A DNA stretch of 64,000 bases, taken from assembly GCA_905178155.1 (NCBI GenBank), contig CAJINV010000004.1:9462625-9526624 (forward strand), given 5' to 3'. Below the pieces are notes generated by a model. It searched no databases. It saw nothing but the letters and a program-made list of their open reading frames with translations, and was not told the origin of the DNA. This document shows, piece after piece, positions 60,428 to 64,000 of this stretch. The position numbers were made by a program, and so were the translations under genes. The stretch comes from Amoebophrya sp. A120. Lineage: Eukaryota; Protista; Dinoflagellata. Numbering within the stretch: position 1 is the first letter of the stretch; each line of letters begins with the position of its first letter.

Positions 60428-62077
60428 ATGTTCAAAATGATGAGGGGAACTAGTTCCTCCACGACCTCCCGAAAGTCCGCGGCCGTAGCAGACCGCGCAA
60501 CCGCGAAGAAGGAAACGCTCGCCGACCAGTTGCGACTGTGTTGGCGCCGGGAAACTGCGGGCATGTCCATCATTGGCAGCGAGAGTGACTGCAACGCAGT
60601 GGTGGTGTTGCTTGGGGGTGCGTCCGATAGAACCAGCAGCAGTACAACCGGCTTGTTCTTTCAGACACAGCATTGGATGACTGTGGAACACGTCAAGAGA
60701 CTGGAAAAATCAAGCAACGCTCTTGCCGCAACTACTGCCGAGCCTGAAATTACAGGTGGACGGGGACCAGCTGGTGGTGCGTCCTCGTCTGCAGCCTCCA
60801 GTAGCCGAGCTGGACAAAATAGCGTGTTCTCCAAGTTTCAAGAGCGGTCGAAGCAGATTCTTGCTGGTGCTGGAGGTGTCGACCCGAAAAACGTGTTGCA
60901 AGTTGTTTTGATTCTGCTCCCCCGGCCGCCGCATTGGGTACTCGTCAGACCGGGCAGTAAAAATTCTTCAAATCATTATTCCTCCTCTTCCTCCACCGCA
61001 GCGCTCGCTCGCGACTTCGTTTGGGAATTTCTGATGCCCAATGGCGTGGTGGAGCTGGAAGCCGAAGCTGGAGTGCAGCAGGCGGATGGACCATCTTCGG
61101 ACGCGTGGGTGCGGGAGGCCCAAGCACAGGCCTCGGACTGGGCGTGGGTGCGGGAGGCCTTGAGCAGGACTTTCACTGGCAGGCCGCCAGCAAGAGCCTT
61201 GATGAACAGCATTCGTACACAATCGACAGAACAAGCAGCAGCGAGTGCCGCGGGGGGAACGGGCGGAGCCATCGCGTCAAATGGTGCTCAAACGAGCAGC
61301 ACCGCCATTGGTGCAGCGGAGTCAGCACAGCATACATCAACACAACCTCCTATCACTGGCCAACCGGTGCCGTTTCGCTTCGACAGCACCGATCTGGTCG
61401 CTCTGCGAGCCGATTTTGCGAAGTTTGTCTCGCCGCCTCTCGACGTCGGAGCAGACAAGAATAACGTTTCCTCTGGTGCAAGAACAACGCCCCCGGGAGC
61501 ACACGCAGACCCCAGTCCAGACGTCCTCCGAGTCGAGGTGGCTTTACCCACGACGAAGAAGAAAAGCGGTACTACAACAAGTGGGGTCGTCGCAGACGAC
61601 AACCAGCACCAGCAGGGCGATGAAAGAACAACAAGCACTTCTAACACTATCCCCGCAGACGCGGCTCCGTTGAAAGTGAAATCTTCTCTACTCGCCTTCC
61701 GCACGAACAACGCACCGCTCTCGTTGCAGCAATTTGGCGCCGAATTTCTCGACCCCTTTCCGACCGCCGCGATGGTTTGCACCTGGGTCTCAAGGCCGGG
61801 AATATTGAACGGCTCCACCAAGAAAATTCTCCTGGTTTTGCTCTTCGCCCCAGAGCTGGATCCCCATGGCGGCGCGGTGCTGGCGTTTGCGAAGGAGAGT
61901 GTGCTGCCGTTTTTGAGGCAGGCGGTAGACGAGGTTGTTGCGGAAAGGGAGCAGAGTGGAGGTGGTTTCGAGATGAATGACATGCAGAATGAAATCCAAA
62001 TTGTCCAGTACGAGCTCAAAAATTCGCAAGAACTCACAGAAGACACACTGCAGCATTTAATGCGGGTGAGAACATGA
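60428..62077 (+). CDS. Hypothetical protein, single exon (~550 aa)
   Basis: Long ORF with the same codon style and S/T/A-rich linkers as its neighbours; no domain recognised. Confidence 0.65.
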   Translation: MFKMMRGTSSSTTSRKSAAVADRATAKKETLADQLRLCWRRETAGMSIIGSESDCNAVVVLLGGASDRTSSSTTGLFFQTQHWMTVEHVKRLEKSSNALAATTAEPEITGGRGPAGGASSSAASSSRAGQNSVFSKFQERSKQILAGAGGVDPKNVLQVVLILLPRPPHWVLVRPGSKNSSNHYSSSSSTAALARDFVWEFLMPNGVVELEAEAGVQQADGPSSDAWVREAQAQASDWAWVREALSRTFTGRPPARALMNSIRTQSTEQAAASAAGGTGGAIASNGAQTSSTAIGAAESAQHTSTQPPITGQPVPFRFDSTDLVALRADFAKFVSPPLDVGADKNNVSSGARTTPPGAHADPSPDVLRVEVALPTTKKKSGTTTSGVVADDNQHQQGDERTTSTSNTIPADAAPLKVKSSLLAFRTNNAPLSLQQFGAEFLDPFPTAAMVCTWVSRPGILNGSTKKILLVLLFAPELDPHGGAVLAFAKESVLPFLRQAVDEVVAEREQSGGGFEMNDMQNEIQIVQYELKNSQELTEDTLQHLMRVRT

Positions 62078-62090
62078 GAGGAGCTGGGGC

Positions 62091-63460
62091 TATGAAGTCA
62101 CAAAATACAAAAAGGTGACAGGTAAAAACCTCGAATATAATCGAAATCCCGCAGTTTTATTTTGCCAATTTTGGTTGTTGGGAGGTGGTTTTTGGAAAGT
62201 AGGGGGGTTGGTTTTCGGGAGGTGTTTTTTTTTGTCGACGGGCAAAGAACCTACTGACACCGAGAGGAAGGCGCTTCGGTTTCCAGATGAAGGCGATTCA
62301 ATTTCTAGACGAAGGCAACTGAGTTTCCAGATGAAGGCAATTCAATTTGCCGACTAAGGCGCTCAATCTGCCAAATTTGGTTTTGAAGAGCTGATTTCTG
62401 CGCTCGCGTTTTTTGTTGTAAACGAAAAAAACCTTACAGAGACCTAGACCCCGCACACAAAAAGCATCGAAACGGTGGGGCCCGAGTGAGCTTCTTCATG
62501 ACACTGAGACCTTGGCCAAACATCGCACAAACGTGATCCATCGGCGCCGAAATGCAAACCGAGGACCTTCTTGGCCGCGACCAACGAGAGCGCGCGCTGT
62601 GCGACTGCGAGGAGATACGGGGGCCATGCAAGTCAGAGGCTTTTCATTTTTCAGGCAAAGCCAGGCAATTTTCTGGCAAATTCATCAAAGATTTGCGACA
62701 TGCGAAAAATTGGCAATTTCAAAAAATTTGGGAATTCTGAGGAAATTCCGGCAATTTTCGGGATTATTCGAAAAATTTCGCTGCAAATCTTCAAATAATC
62801 CCGAAAGTTTGGACTTTTCTCATCAAATTCCCAAATCTTTCGAAGTTGCCGTGCAGAAGTCCTTGAGCTTTCTCCAGAATTCGCTGACTTCCCTGCGCAT
62901 CTGCACCGAAACCCGCAAGCACCTTCGCAGAGAGCATTTGCTCACGGATCGCGGTGAAAAAGCTTCGCGCTGGGTTGTGGTGAAAAGGGCGATCCCGTTT
63001 TCGGTGAGGATGGCTTAGGTTTTTCCGATGTTTGGCTAAGGACTCAGCGCCGTGAAAAAGCTCACTCGGGCGCTGGTGCTCATGCGTTTTGTAGGCGGAG
63101 GCCTGATCTCAGTAAGCTGCTTTTTCGTTTATAAAAAAGAAAACGAACGCAAAAGCCGCTGGCTTTTCCGTTCGTATTCTTGGTTTTCGAGAGGTGGCCA
63201 ACCTCTCGAAAACCGAAGTCGGCAGATTGAATCACCTTGGTCGGCAAATCGAATCGCCTTAGTCGGGAAATTGAGTGGCCTTTTTCTCGGTGTTAGTAAG
63301 TTGTTTTTCCGCCTACAAAAAAAAAATAGTGGCCGGAAAACAGCCTCCCTACCTTCCCAAAACCACCTCCCGAAAACCGAAATCGGCGAAATAAAACTGC
63401 GAGATTTCGACTCTATTCAGGAAATTTACCTGTCACCTTTTTGTATTTTGTGCGTTCATA
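62091..63460. mobile_element. Non-autonomous foldback/MITE DNA transposon, ~435-bp imperfect TIRs, 8-bp TSD (hAT-like length)
   Basis: tatgaagtcacaaaatacaaaaaggtgacaggtaaa pairs with tttacctgtcacctttttgtattttgtgcgttcata; arms ~62091-62526 and ~63026-63460; TSD gctggggc at 62083-62090 and 63461-63468. Confidence 0.9.
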
Positions 63461-64000
63461 GCTGGGGCATCCACACCACATGATCTAAAGATAAAAATAT
63501 AGAAAAATGATCGTCCCGCGACTGCGCGGCGCCTCACAAATTTTCTTCGCAATTTTCAAAAAGCTTTTCCTTTTCGCACGACTTGAAAAGTTGTTTTGCG
63601 TCACATTTGGTGACGTTGGCAAGGTGGTATTCAAATCGCCTAGATTCATCGGTGAATGAAGAGAATTGAATTCACAGCCTCAACCTTCATGAACTTCTAT
63701 CAATCTGTCGTGAAAACCAGAACCAAATAAACCCGTCACAGGTCCTGAAGATGGTTTTCTGACTAGGCATAGGCATAAGATGGTGAACGTGTTGCGTCCC
63801 TGTACTATAGTTGTGACAAGTAAAAGCCCTTCAATAGTTGTTTCTCACGCCTGCTACACCAATGCACGATTAAAGTCCAGTATTAATCAAATTTATTTCC
63901 CTTTATGCTCCTTGTCAAAACATTCTACACCATTGCCTTTGCCAAGGACGAGTTATCTAATAAATTCATCCTGTGCGGCTAAAAAGCAGCTTACCCATAA

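Noticed and set aside
62512-63483. Transposase in the foldback element
   Set aside because: Only short ORFs without DDE or other recognisable motifs.

Overview
Eukaryotic, gene-dense DNA in which all 11 recognisable genes lie on the + strand. The gene set (POP1, a U2AF65-like factor, a DEAD-box helicase, a myzozoan-type ATP synthase subunit f, an S1/P1 nuclease) and the intron style point to an alveolate, most likely a syndinian dinoflagellate such as Amoebophrya (inference). The dominant feature is a system of intron-forming miniature transposons (introners). I mapped 46 complete elements of 108-379 bp in about 14 terminal-inverted-repeat (TIR) families. Nearly all start TAT and end ATA, are flanked by a 5-bp target-site duplication (TSD), share an internal GCAT(G/T/C)ACAA motif and sit in coding sequence. 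Removing the element plus exactly 5 nt restores the reading frame in every case checked by hand. Only 1 of 46 can be read as GT-AG in that register, and the same family occurs in both orientations. Most short ORFs in the supplied track are artefacts of these elements. Also present: a 1.37-kb foldback element with an 8-bp TSD, a 907-bp insertion bounded by 40-bp direct repeats, nested insertions and a purine-rich satellite. No transposase gene was seen. Exon joins are manual predictions without transcript data.
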